DNA of 64,000 bases from Lophium mytilinum (Eukaryota), in contig MU004190.1 in NCBI GenBank assembly GCA_010093605.1, positions 1,881,599 through 1,945,598 on the forward strand, written 5' to 3'. Under the pieces are notes generated by a model, which was given only the letters and a program-made list of their open reading frames with translations, was not told the origin of the DNA and made no database searches. This document shows positions 34,717-47,589 of this stretch, piece by piece. Made by a program: the position numbers and the translations under genes. Every line of letters starts with the position of its first letter. The first letter of the stretch is position 1.

Positions 34717-35271
34717 TTTGGATCAAAATTGGACGATTTTTAATGGAGAAATGGGGTTTTTATCTATTTCTATATATTTGGATGCTAACGATGGGGAATA
34801 TAGGCCGTTTTCGCGGTCCCATAGGCTGTTTTCCCTTGGTTGGAGCATATTAGGCCGATTTCATTGATTTCCTTACGTTCTACAGAGGTGCGGCGGCAGC
34901 GGCCGATCACGTGTATCACGAAATCAAGGTTCAACACCACGCCGAGGCCTGTATATAGTTGTGCAATGCCAGGAAACGCCATGGGGACGGTGGAGGACCA
35001 GGGGTGTGCTCAATTAAGCTTAGAAGCTAGCTTCTAGGCCTGTATTGGCATGGTCTCGGTCCTACACGGTCCCCATGGCGTTTTCTGGCATTGTATTGCG
35101 CCAAGGATGAATTTGCTGGCATGTTATTCTATTGCCCGTACAACATGCATCTCCGAGCGCGCGGCTGCACGGCACGGGCTGCACGGCACGCACTGCACGG
35201 CGCCTCTCCACCGCGTCGGTTCTGGCCGATGGGCCCTGCAGCGCGGTGCAGAGCGGGGTGGGGTGGGTGGT

Positions 35272-35845
35272 GGGCAATAGTTTTCGATGCCAGCGAAAAC
35301 GCTCTTGGCGTTTTTCACTACCATGGAACGCCTTAAAGACACCGGCGCTCACGTTCCAAGCTAGAAACGGCTGTTAGCGTTAAGCTCCTATGTCTATGTA
35401 GCGTTCTACAGCAATGCACAACTCCCTAGCAGTAATAACTAGATGTTTTAGCACTAAATGGAAAACAGCTTATATCGCCTGGATGGCCTAGTTTCGCTAT
35501 TCTAGTATTATTCTGTAAGTGCTGGTGAAGAGTGTATAGAGTAGGATAAAGGAAGAAGGGCGGGTAACGGGAAAAGATAAGGGGCCGCCCTATATTAGTA
35601 GAGCAACCACCTAAATAATATAATAACCAGCCGCCCCCTAACTTCCTCTGTGTCTCTAAGTATTCTCTCTTATAAGCCTAGGGCAGTTATGCACTGCTGC
35701 ATAGACGCTGGGGTAGGGGCCTAATGCTAATGCGCAGTGATCCCTTACTGTTTTAGCATCGGGCAACGCCTCTAGCGTTGTGGAGGCGCCTCATGGTAGC
35801 GAAAGACAGAAATGTGTTTTTCGCTGGCATTGAAAACTATTGCTC
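35272..35845. mobile_element. Non-autonomous MULE-like element
   Basis: TIRs GGGCAATAGTTTTCGATGCCAGCGAAAA and TTTTCGCTGGCATTGAAAACTATTGCTC; 10-bp TSD GGTGGGTGGT (35262-35271 and 35846-35855); TA-rich interior. Confidence 0.85.
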
Positions 35846-36013
35846 GGTGGGTGGTGGGGCTCGGGAGACTGCCGAAGTTCGTTTGAGGCAGACGGAGGAG
35901 CTTCGGGCATGGCAACCACACGGCCGCACAGCTCCAAGCTCTTAACCCAGCCCCTTCATATGGCCTTGCCTTGACCCAATTCTGAACCAGGCACTGCACT
36001 GGACTTCGCAAAG

Positions 36014-37538
36014 ATGGGCATCGAGAAACTGAATCCGAAAGACTACAACAAACTGTTTCTGAACGGCCAGTACGTTGCCGCCAAGAGCAAAGAGACATAC
36101 AGCCTCAAAAATCCCAAAGACAACACCGCGGTCATCGACGATGTGCCCATTGCCGGGCCGGAAGACGTCGACGCCGCCGTGAAGTATGCCGAAGAGGCCT
36201 TCCACGGGCCTTGGAGTAAATTCACAGCGATCCAGCGGACCGAGTGCTTTCTTAAATTGGCGGCGCTGCTTGACGAAGAGCTCACGCCAATTCTGACGCT
36301 GGACTCGCAGACCTCGGGCATCCCCATCTCCCTGGCCCCAGTCCGTGAGCGGGGTTATATCAGGAATTGCGTGTTGTACTATGCAGGATGGACCGACAAG
36401 CAGAAAGGAGACTACTTTCCCGATGATGATGGTAAGTGGAGAAGGTGGACAAAGGTTCGTGACTGCAGCTAATGCGAAGTGCATTTCAGGCTACGTAAAA
36501 CTTGTTCGACATGAACCGCTTGGCGTGTGCTGTGCCATTAACCCTTTCAATGCTCCTTTGGCAACCCTTTTCCTGAAGTCTGCTCCGGCACTCGCCACCG
36601 GGAACGTCATGATTGTGAAACCTAGCGAGAAGACGCCTCTGGGAACCTTGGCTGCTGCACAACTATTTCTCAAGGCCGGCTTTCCTCCTGGAGTCCTCCA
36701 AGTCATCACAGGAGCCGGTTCTACGGGCGCTTTGCTTGCCGAGCACATGAAGATCCGCAAGGTCAGCTTTACGGGCTCAGTGACGACAGGCAGGAGGGTC
36801 CAGATCGCTGCTGCTAAGAGCAACTTGAAGCGCGTCACGCTTGAATTGGGAGGCAAGAGCCCAGCCGTCGTCTTCGATGATGCGAATCTCGAAAACGCCG
36901 TAACATGGACCGTGAATTCAATTTTGATACGAAGTGGCCAGCTTTGCGTAGCTCCCTCAAGAGTCTATGTCCAGAAGGGAATCGCGGAGAAGTTCATCGA
37001 CGCCTATAAGAAGAAGATGTCGGCAGCTGCGGATAATCTGGGGGACCCCCAGGATCCTAACGTTACTATGGGGCCCATGGTTGATGCAGCTCAGCTTGAG
37101 CGGGTCAAAGGCATGGTAGAGCGGGGAAAGTCCGAGGCTGAGCTGGTGGTCGGAGGCAACCAGCGCGGTGATACAGGGTGTTTCATGGAACCAACCGTGT
37201 TTCTAAATCCGAAGAGTGACGCTGAGATCTATCGAAATGAGATATTCGGCCCAGTCAGCGTCATCAAGACATTCGAGACCGAGGAAGAAGTTCTCAAGCT
37301 AGCTAACGACACCGAGTTCGGTCTCATGGCTGGAGTATTCACAAAGGACATCAACCGAGCTTTGCGTATGTCCTCCGGCATGGAAGCAGGTGTTGTTGGT
37401 GTCAATTGCGTCAGTCTGCAAAATATGCAAGCGCCGTTTGGCGGCAAGAAGCAGAGTGGTATTGGGCGAGAGATGGGTGAGTATGCCTTGAGGTTATTTA
37501 CTGAACCGAAGACAGTCCTGATCAATATGGCCGCATGA
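36014..37538 (+). CDS. Aldehyde dehydrogenase
   Basis: PFNAP, KPSEKTP, SFTGS, LELGGKSP, catalytic Cys in GQLCVA, EIFGPV, PFGGKKQSGIGRE. Intron 36432-36489. Confidence 0.95.
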
Positions 37539-37831
37539 TAAGCGGTGGTTGCTGCACCAGAATATAATATTTTGAATATGTGCATTTTCTCAGTTGATTC
37601 TATTTGAGCGAACACTCTGCCACAATCATCAGTCCCCAGAGCTTGATTACCAGAATCACAACCACCCCTATATTTCGATCAGATGATTGATTCATAGGGC
37701 CGATGCTCTGATTCAAGACTTCTCATCTTGCAGCTCCCAAACAGCGAACATGTCAAATGTGCCCCACAAAACGCTCCAGAAGTATCAAGTGAATGGAGAA
37801 AAGTTCATATAGTAGATGTAAGCAATGAATA

Positions 37832-38839
37832 CTATTCTATTAAAAACCTGTCAATAACGAATTCTTTAATGTGCGCTGCTAGTTCATCAGCCGCCTCCAT
37901 GGGAGACCAGTGCGCACAATCAAGAACAACCTCTTTCAAGTCAGGCACGAGACCCATGTCTCTCGCTGGCGCCATCATCTCTGGCACACAGACGGCATCT
38001 TTTGAACATAAGAAGAGCAAAGTAGGCACCTCAATGGCCAAGTTGCCCTTCGAAATGGTTGAATCAGACTCCGACTGTATGTTCGAAGCAGTGGCCTTGT
38101 ACATCTGCAATGCGGGAGCGAATCCCTCCTCGCTTTTGAACTGCTTCATGAACTCTTCCTTCCGTCCTAGCTGGCTGGCGTACGGTTTCAACGGCACCTC
38201 CTCAGAGCCGAGCAAGAAATGGCGGAAAGCATTGGGAACGCAGAACAGCTTCTTCATCCAGTCATCCACATCGCCGTGTAACGCTAGCCACATCCTTTCT
38301 AGATTGGCGTCAATGATCTCAGCAGCATCCGGTGCAGTGAAAAGCTCCCAATATGAAAATTGTGGATACCCTAAAGCTTTTTCCGTAATTTCATTCACGG
38401 CAGCGAGGTCAAATGGCGCATCTGACGGGACCAAATACGGGGTGTTGACGAGAGCTACGCCAACGAAGAGCTCGCGTTTGTGAAGATAGGCACGTTGAGC
38501 GAGTGCGCTGCCCCAGTCATGTCCAATGATGATAGAGGATTCAGCTTTCTCGGCCTTGAGGATGTCCTCGAGGTCGTCTGCTTGGTCTTTGTATGCGTAC
38601 AGCTTCGTATCGGAGGGCTTATCTGTACCCGCGTATCCCAGGCAGTCCGGGACTATGATCCTATTGGGTAGACTGCGTAGTGTGGCGACCACGCCGGACC
38701 AGAGATGCGCCGAATCGGGGAAGCCGTGGATGAAGAAAAGTACCGGGTGCTGCGTCGTGGATTCGTCGTAGGGAGAGACATAGTAAGTGTACTTGAGCGA
38801 GCGACGCGTGGTGAGCACTTTTTGCTGGAGAAAGTCCAT
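37832..38839 (-). CDS. Alpha/beta-fold epoxide hydrolase
   Basis: HGFP oxyanion motif, GYAGT, GHDWG (Asp nucleophile), candidate lid tyrosines in SYW and QMY, C-terminal AHW. Confidence 0.85.
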   Translation of the reverse strand: MDFLQQKVLTTRRSLKYTYYVSPYDESTTQHPVLFFIHGFPDSAHLWSGVVATLRSLPNRIIVPDCLGYAGTDKPSDTKLYAYKDQADDLEDILKAEKAESSIIIGHDWGSALAQRAYLHKRELFVGVALVNTPYLVPSDAPFDLAAVNEITEKALGYPQFSYWELFTAPDAAEIIDANLERMWLALHGDVDDWMKKLFCVPNAFRHFLLGSEEVPLKPYASQLGRKEEFMKQFKSEEGFAPALQMYKATASNIQSESDSTISKGNLAIEVPTLLFLCSKDAVCVPEMMAPARDMGLVPDLKEVVLDCAHWSPMEAADELAAHIKEFVIDRFLIE

Positions 38840-39496
38840 TTCAAGGGACAGATTGATGTTCGAAATCGGGAGCTCTTGTCAAAGTCACGTGCCAGACTCT
38901 AGAAAGGCACTCTACTAGCAAGGAAGTCGACCTCCAAAGAGATCCCGGAACTTTACGAGTCCCATAAAAACGCTGTTTTCTCAATGTTTATAGACTTACC
39001 CGTGAGTATTTGCTGATGGTCGGAAATGTCGGACCGAAGTGCAAGAGTCTGTAGCACATGCCTCGGAGCTTGAATAGTCCTTACCCTACTGTGTGGCCCT
39101 GATGATCGACGAACTAGAGTAACAGTTTTCCGAGCAATATGCTTCCCCAGACAGCTTAGTCCGGGGTAGAACGAGCTATCAACCCACAAAAGGGGAATGC
39201 GTCATGCACAAAAGGTCGAGCTGCTTCTCGATTGGCCAATTTTCTTCGGATATGCGATGATTCGAGTAGCCTAGCTTTTCCGTAACCCCAGCTTCTCCGC
39301 AGAGGTATTCTAGCTATGCACGAAATTCTCCCTCCTTCAATAAGTCATCTAGCTTGGCTTGAGCGAGAATTGGAAAAGACGTTTCTTGATCGGCCTACTG
39401 ATAAAAGTCTCCCCTCTCGCCTTCCCTATGCATTGAGTAATTGAACTTTCCCCGTCTCGCTCAGAAACATCAGCTGGCAGCTGCGAACAACAAAAC

Positions 39497-42148
39497 ATGC
39501 GCGCCAAAAGCAACTTCAAAGTCGTCATTGGCGGTGGCAGCATCACCGGCCTCGCGCTGGCGAACATGCTGCAACTCTACGATATAGACTTCGTTGTGCT
39601 TGAGTCGTATCCAATCATTGCACCCCAGGTCGGCGCAAGCATCGGTATGCTACCGCACGGTAACAGGATTTTGGACCAGCTTGGCCTGTACCAAAAGATT
39701 CTTGAGCTGTGTCCTCCTTTGGACTCATTTCATTTTCGTGATCCCACTGGCAATATCATATGCGAGTTCCGAGGCATGAACAGTTCTATGCACGAGAGGT
39801 CAGTTTGTGCTATCAGCTGTGGAAGATGCGTCTCTAAGTTGTATCTCTAGGCACGGCTATCCCATAACGTTCTTGGATCGCCAGATGGTGCTTCAAGTCC
39901 TATATGACAACATTCGAGACAAGTCGAAGATTCTCGTAAACAAAAAGGTCCACAGTGTGAAGATGACCGATGATGGAGTGGCTGTGAAAACGTCTGACGG
40001 CTTCACTTACGAAGGTGACATCCTAGTTGGGGCGGATGGAATCCATAGCTCCGTTAGGGAGGAGATGTGGAGAATCGCAAATGACTTGTCACCTGGATGG
40101 ATCCCAGTCGACGAGCGTTCCTGTGAGTATAAGAGTTTCCCTCAAATCACTCGTCTAATTTGACTAACTTGATTCAGCGGTCCCGTGCGATTATGGGTGC
40201 ATCTTCGGGATCTCCAACCCATGCGAGGGCATTGAGCCAGGCGCATCGAACTCTGTCTTCAGAAAACACGAGTCCTATGTGATCAACGGCGGTCCCGAAG
40301 GTCGTGTCTATTGGTTCTACTTCTTCAAATTGACACAGCGCGCATACGGCGATGACATCCCGACATACACGAAGGAGGACGAGAAAAGAATACTCACAGA
40401 GCGAGAAGACGACAATATCACCCCAACTCTGAAGTTCAAGGATCTCATAGATGCGAGAATAACTTCGGTCTTGGTGCCCTTGCAGGAATACGTCTTCAGA
40501 CAATGGTATTACAAGCGAATCATCACTATTGGCGATGCTGCGCACAAGGTACGTGTGTCGGATCACGGTAGCACTAAGCCAAGTTGACCATTGTTAGTTC
40601 CATCCGATCGCAGGTCACGGTGGTAACGCTTGCGTAGAATCAGCAGCTGTGCTAGTCAATGCACTTCAAAAGGTGCTTTCCAAGTCACCGGGTGTAAAGC
40701 CTACACTGCAGCAGATCGAGCACGCATTCGCCACGACCCAGTCAATTCGACAAGCAAGGACTACCATTCTGAAGGAGCATTCCCATGAGCAACAGCGAAC
40801 TGAACTACTCGACACACCTTTCCATCAGTTTGCAGCTTTCCACCTGTTGCCCCTGACTGACACGGAGGACGTCACTTTCAATTTCTCCCGCAATATGCCG
40901 CTCGCAGAAAAACTGAATAGCCCAAAGATCAGTCCAAAACCCAGGCTTGTACCATATAAGGACGAGCTGCTGAGTAGTCCCGTGCCTCGTGGTTCAAAGA
41001 AATGGTACTTCATGGGGTTTTACCTTCTCATTGCTGGACTCGTGCATTATGGAATGTGGATACGGTCTGCTCACTACGGTCTTGGAGATCATATAGGAGC
41101 TATTGTCAAGACTGGGAAATTTTCGTACGATCCCAATTTTCCTCTCAAGTGCAGCTATACGGGAGTAGAATACATCGACGATTATCTCGTGTTTCTAGCC
41201 GCAGCATACATGCCAGGTTTGAACAACTGGGACCGAAACTTTGGAATGTTGCAGATGTATTTCCTCGGAATGCTGATACAGCCGATTGCGATATGGGCTG
41301 TGGAGGCATATCGCAAACGCAACATGCTGACGCCGGTGTCATTGTGAGTTGTTTAAGGTATCTTTTCTCCGTCAACCTCATTGCTAACATATTATTGCAG
41401 AATCACAATCTGGCTCTCACTTGTCCAATGGGCTGGGGTGGGAATCTACATGCCGATCTATTATGCCGCATACACGTTTATTTCCGAGCCCGAAACCTAC
41501 TGGTGGCCACTCAACCGTGAGGTTCCGATCCAATTTGCCGCAACACTGCCATGGGCCGTAATAATCGGCTATGCGCTTCCTACGGTCCTACTGTTCGTGC
41601 CTTGGAAAGACCCCTATACGCTCCAAAACTTCGAGGCTCTTTGGCAAATATCTCCCATGCTCGTCCCACTCATCTGCGGCATCCTCGCCTACTTCTACAA
41701 GAAGAGACACAACGTCGTCCCTACCGCGAAGAAGGCCAAGCAGACTTTCCCAGACATCACGCATCTCAAGACGCTCTACATTATCACCGGAGTACTTGGC
41801 TTGGTGCTGCATGTCTATTGCCTTGCGAAGATCTTCTCATCATCCGAATTGAGCATGGCATCTGTCTTCTGGCCCGATTTCGCTACAAAGCCAAAGGCAC
41901 TCGGTGAGGGCCTCCGAACCATCTTTCTGGCAGACTTCTGGGGCTTCGAAATCGCCACTTACGCGTGGCTGTGCATGGCAGCTTGGGATTTGAAGCGCAT
42001 GGGTAGGACGGCTGTTGCTATAGGCCAGTCATCGGCTCTTATTGCGTTGAGCAGTCTTTTCCTAGGTCCTGGAGCGACCATGTCCGCGGTTTGGTACTGG
42101 AGGGAAGGTGCACTGGCTGAGACTTGTTTCGCGAAAGGGCTGAACTAA
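39497..42148 (+). CDS. FAD-dependent monooxygenase (epoxidase-type) with a C-terminal multi-TM CtvD-like domain
   Basis: IGGGSITG, VGADGIHS, IGDAAHK-FHP-GHGGN. C-terminal YTGVEYIDDYL...VEAYRKRN...QWAGVGIYMPIY. Introns ~39799-39850, 40123-40177, 40549-40597, 41344-41400. Confidence 0.85.
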
Positions 42149-42899
42149 GCATTAGGTGTTTACTACTTGTCGAGGTACAAGAGATGAAATGCTGAAGATT
42201 TTGGAACGTGCAGACTCATCATGCCTCCGCAGGGAGGCTCAGCTGGTGGATCTGCTGTAAGCTTTGACTTCACATGTAGTTTTTGTCAGGTGATTCCGCT
42301 CAGGCTACTTGGTTCTTGGCGCTGGCTAATACTATAGCCGCCAAGCTCGGAGGATGCATAAAGAATCAACACCACTTTCTTGCAATGATCAGTACTTCTG
42401 CATGCCTTCATGATACTAGTTCTCCACAGGCAATGCAAAAAGCTTTCTGTTTTCTATTGCGTGGTAAATATACTGAAATTTCACCAAGAACGGCAACGTT
42501 GGACGCGTAGGTTCAACAGTTCATTTGCCGGGAGTAATGCCCCGGATGAAGTCGGTCATGGCCGATGATCGACAATACCGTCCAGCTCTGCGGATAGAAG
42601 ATCTGTGACAAGTCTCGGCGCCCGCCGAATACGTGCACCAGCGCGCGGAAATTTCCGAGGTGCTACACCGGGTAATCTGATTTCGGCCAGGAAGACGCAG
42701 ACCGAAGAGACCCTTGTTTTGATACGGGACCTTACCAGGGTTTCAGAATATCATCCCCAGAATCCGGGGACCCCAGGGATAGAAACATTCTTGGCGGTTT
42801 GCATGATAAGCCAACGAGTCGCGACCCCACAGTATATACTCTCATCTTTTCCACATCAAGACGCTACTCACTCTACCACGCATCATAACCGCCACTACC

Positions 42900-44810
42900 A
42901 TGGAAACCTACAGTTGGTACAATATTTCGGTAAGTATTTTGACTGGCAGTCCATGTCATCTCCCAGCCGGACACTGATGAATTGCAGGTGGTGTGCTTTG
43001 CAGCCTTTGGGTCTCTCTTCACTGGCTACTCCCTCGCTGTGTTTGCCTTCACCATAGGCCAGCCAACTTTCTATACCTCGCTTGGTCTTGTATCGGATCC
43101 TACCTCTCCCGGATACAGCCACACGAACGACATAATTGGGGCAGCCAATGGTGTATTTTTCGGTACCGGCTTCTTTGGGTGCTTCCTCGCGGGCTGGGCA
43201 GGAAACCGCTTCGGGAGGATCAATGGCTTCCGTATCGCTGCCGTGACAGGAATCATCGGAGGCGCACTTCAATGCGGATCGCAATCGCCAGCAATGGTTC
43301 GCTTTTCAACGTCTTGCAAGCTTTCATGCTTAGTCTGGTTCACTAATATGAAACAGTTCTTGGTTGCGAGAGCAGTGGCTGGGTTAGCAGCAGGCCACAC
43401 GATGGCCGCTATGCCTACTTATTTCACCGAAGTGTCACCTCCTCATTCTCGGGGCTTGATCACTGGCGCCCACGGAATGTTCATTAATATTGGATATTGT
43501 ACAGCGGGGTGGATAGGGTATGTATGCAAGTAATCAAGGGATGTCTCATTGCTGATTGCACTATATCAGATTCGGATGCTACTTTACCCCTGGTTCTACG
43601 TTTGCATGGAGATTCCCCTTTGCACTAGTCATTCTTTGGGCTCTTTGTCTGCTTGCAGGATCTTTTTACGGTAAGTGACCTCCGCTTCATGTAGAAGCCG
43701 CGGCGAAAAGTTCTAACTTTCTGCAGTACCGGAAAGCCCAAGATTTTTAGTGCAACGGGATAATCAAGAGAAAGCTTTCGAGATTCTCGTCCGACTTCAT
43801 AGCGATCCTCGAGATGCAAACAATACATTTGCTCATCAAGAACTGCAAGAGATTGTAGAAAGGGGTCAGGCAGAGAAAGAACTTATCAGGGTTGATGGGA
43901 GATGGCGGCTCTTCACGAAGAAGACCAATTTTCGAAGACTCATCCTTGCATGCATGGTGATGATAGGAGGCCAGAATATTGGTCCCCTCGTCATCAATAA
44001 CTACAACGTTCGGCTCTATGGCTCACTCGGTCTGGGAGCTACGAAGTCGCTGCTCTTGTCTGCGGTTTACAATACCATTGGCTTGATTTTCGCAAGCGTC
44101 GGTGCTTCCATCTCGGATCGTCTTGGACGGAGAAAGGCTATGGGCGAGTCTTGGCCCCTCTTTGATTCTAATTAACTCCACTAATCGTGGGAACAGTGAC
44201 TGGCTACGTGGCAGTAACATGTGTCTTTGCTACCTTAACGGGAATGATTGCCCAATACAACAACACACCATCAAAGGGCTGGGCTGCGGCTGCTGTAACC
44301 ATGGTCTATCTTTACGTGGTTTGGTGAGATCTCTTTGAGTCGGAGAATAAGACACCTCGCTAACGTAGACATTCCTCTAGCTACAACTCTTTTATTGATC
44401 TCAACCAATTCACAATTGCAACAGAGATCTTTCCGACCCATCTTCGAAACCAGGCATCGGCCATCGCCATCAGTGGCCTTTTCTTGGCAGATATTCTTTG
44501 GCTGAACCTTCTTCCAACAGCTACGGCCAATATTGGCTGGAAGTACTACTTGGTGTTCGTATGTCTGGCTGTTTGTCACACTATTTACCTGGGTTTCCAG
44601 CTTCCTGAGGTATGCGCAACTTTCCCAAATCCAAGAGTTTCAGAACTGTTCTAATATTACGCGCAGACGGCTGGTTGGCATCTTGAAGAAATGGACCTTG
44701 CGATGACTGGTATTGATCATACTCAAAATCCTGATCATGACTTAAAGGGCGTGAACGACCCTGAATCAAATCACATTGAGGCTCTTGGCGAAGTTAAAAA
44801 TGGGCAGTGA
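42900..44810 (+). CDS. MFS sugar-porter family transporter
   Basis: NRFGR, EVSPPHSRG, PESPRFL, DRLGRR, EIFPTHLR, PETAGWHLEEMD across about 8 introns. Confidence 0.88.
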
Positions 44811-45357
44811 AAACAGACAGAGAGGCGAAGTGAATGCGACCACACTTTTTTATTTGATTTACGGATTGTGGATGAAATCAAGGGCCATCAGCTTTCTTAT
44901 TCTGGTCATACGTAGTCAGCAGTATAGGATAACATACAGCAAGCTTTTACTGTCAGAATGCTGATGCGGAACGCCCAGTGATCATTCCAGAAAAGCTGTG
45001 GCTATCTGTTGTTTGCTCAACTTATTGATCAAAGACATTTCTCATGTTGAAAATGCCTGGGCGTAATACATTTCAACAGGACCTAGCCGAAAGCGTGTTA
45101 CTTCGGCGTTTGGACGAGATGGAAGGCGTGTGTGTCTCTGCTCGAGTTAGACTCTATGCAATTGCCGTTATGGGCAAGGAAAGAGGCGAGGTACGTATCT
45201 GCGAAGACCGCTATCTCCTTCTGTTGGGATGAGAAGCGGTAAAGTCCTCTCCACTGTCGTAGATGTGCGCTCTGTGTATGACAAAGAAGGAGCTGGTTAC
45301 ATAATAATACACGTTCGTCATTGTCTGAAACACCGCAAGTCTATCAGTCTACACTAT

Positions 45358-47084
45358 CTATAAAGTAATAGGAAGCTTTGACTGCTTGTCAGTATAATGC
45401 ACCACCGTAAATCCCTCCAACGTTGCCAAAGCTTCGCGACATTCACGTTCATATTGTTCTATTCCTCCCAAGTAGACCAACTGCTCCCGCTTCTTACCTG
45501 GGATGTTCGATCCCATATACCAGGAATCGGTCAATGGCAACAGCGTTTTGTCGTTTGCATCCTGGATTGCTTGCTTCCATTTCTCCTCGGCATTTCGCTT
45601 CGGCTCGACAGATTTGATAGCTTCACTCTGCATCTTCTTGAGCAAATCGACGACAATGTCTACTTGGCTTTCTATGAACACTGGGCCGTTCGTAAACGCT
45701 GTCGGCGCTGTTCTGAGCGTCAGTGGGGTCAGCTGTAGGATGGAATAAGAGTCTTGCCTTGAGGCCCATATATCATAAACAGATTCGGGCAGCCACTACT
45801 GCAGAGACCCAAATGGGTGAAGACGCCATCCTTCCATCTTTCTCGGAAAGTCACACCGTCTTTGCCATGGATATTCATATTTGTGAGACTTCCAGTCATT
45901 GCATCAAAGCCAGTAGCCATCACGATGGTGTCGAACTCGCGTTCCACCCCATCTTTGCAAATGATGCCCTTTTCCGTTATTTCCAGGATGGCATTGGCTT
46001 TCAGGTCAACGACGTCAACATTGTCCTGGTCGATACACTCATAGTAGTCCTGCTCCAGACTGCTTCGCTTCGTCCCAAAGGCAAAGGGCGCCTCTTTAGG
46101 CACTAGGAAAGCCAATTTCTCGGGATTCTTCAGCCTCGGGCGCGTCTTCTTCGCCCAGAACTCATACATGAGCTTGTTAGCCCTCTGATCGACCAAGAAG
46201 TCCCGATAGTTCGCTTGGTTGAAGTTGAATCCGCCGCGGTTCCATAGCTCCTCCCAGAGCTCTTCGCGTTCTTCATCATTCAAGTCAAACACGGAGCCGA
46301 CTTGAGGATCGTAGCCAAGCCCAGACTTGGTCTTACGGCAGTGGGCAAACATGCTGCGGTACGTGGCCTTGCTGATACGTTGCTCGAATTCGTCCAGCGG
46401 ACGCTGGAACATGGGCAACGAGATGCTGGCAGTGCGAATGTAGACAGTCAGTTGGCGTGCCTCCTTTGCTATCTCTTGAGTACACTGAACCGCAGTTGCG
46501 CCCGATCCAACGACGGCCACACGCTTGTCTTTCGTATCCGCAACCTCAGGCCAGCGGGTTGAATGGATAAGCTGGCCCTTGAAACTATCTAGGCCTTTGA
46601 AGTCGGGATAGTGTGGCTTGAACGAGCTGCCAGTGGCGCAAATAAGGTACTTGCATACGGCTTTCTTCCCACTCTCGGTTGTGACGGTCCATCTTGCAAA
46701 CGATTCGTCGTACGTTGCGTTCACGACATTGGCGGAATAGGTTATGTCTTTCGACAGATGCAGGGTGTCGTCTACATGCTTGAAGTAGGCTTTCAACTCG
46801 TCTCCGCTTGGGAATCGCTCAGACCAGGTCCATTTTCGCCAGACTTCGGGCATCGAGAATTGGTAGTAAGGAATCTCGGAATCAACGCGGGCTCCAGGGT
46901 AGTTGTTCCAATGCCAGACTCCGCCAAGAGTAGAGCCTGCTTCAAAAACATGAACCCGGTAACCCAGGCGACGGAGCTGGTAGAGTCCGTAGCATCCGCC
47001 GAAGCCAGCACCGATGATGAGGACATCGAGCTCGCCTGCCCCGCTGTCGCCGTTGGTCATGGAGTTTGCGGAAGCGGAAGGCAT
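45358..47084 (-). CDS. Baeyer-Villiger monooxygenase 1 (type I)
   Basis: GAGFGG, GGVWHWNNYPGARVDSE, fingerprint FKGQLIHSTRWP, GSGATA, ATGFD. GC-AG intron 45708-45757. Confidence 0.93.
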
Positions 47085-47589
47085 GTCGAAACTCGGCTAC
47101 GGATGAGGAACTGTTGTACCCGCGAAAATGCAGAACACGTCAAAGATGTCTAGTCGCGCAAGACAAATCACATCAATGAAGCTTTAGAATGAATCGTAAG
47201 ATATAGAGCGATATTTCAATGGGTCGGTTGTAGTCGGACAATGTCCTTGCGCGCCGAACGATGTTGGCCTGACCGTCCATGGCCTGACTGGACGATGCCG
47301 ACACAGCCAGTAGTATGTGCTAGCTGCATCATGGTGAGGGGCGGAGAGGGATATCCCTGGGCCTGGGGCGAAGCGAAATGCGGAGTACTCTAGTCTCTCC
47401 GCTGCAGTGGCGCCGGATATCCGGCCCTTGCCGAGGTGCCTCAACTGCATCTCCATGGTCGGGAACAATAGCCGACCGCTGTAGTGGTGTGATGCGTAGC
47501 AACACGCAGTCCTTTGGGGCTTTGAACGTTAACAAGTTCATTCGCGCCGCTGCCATTGCTCCTCTACCGCCTTCCACGTGCTGTTAACC

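Larger units (their letters stand above)
31756..35137. mobile_element. Full-length Mutator-like (MULE) DNA transposon
   Basis: ~197-bp TIRs (31756-31952 and 34941-35137; termini GGGCAATAG...CTATTGCCC), 9-bp TSD GTACAACAT (31747-31755 and 35138-35146), internal transposase. Confidence 0.95.

Noticed and set aside
37832..38839. Caprolactone hydrolase (ChnC-like lactonase) assignment
   Set aside because: The nucleophile motif is GHDWG (Asp) with HGFP, which is epoxide-hydrolase type rather than a Ser esterase.
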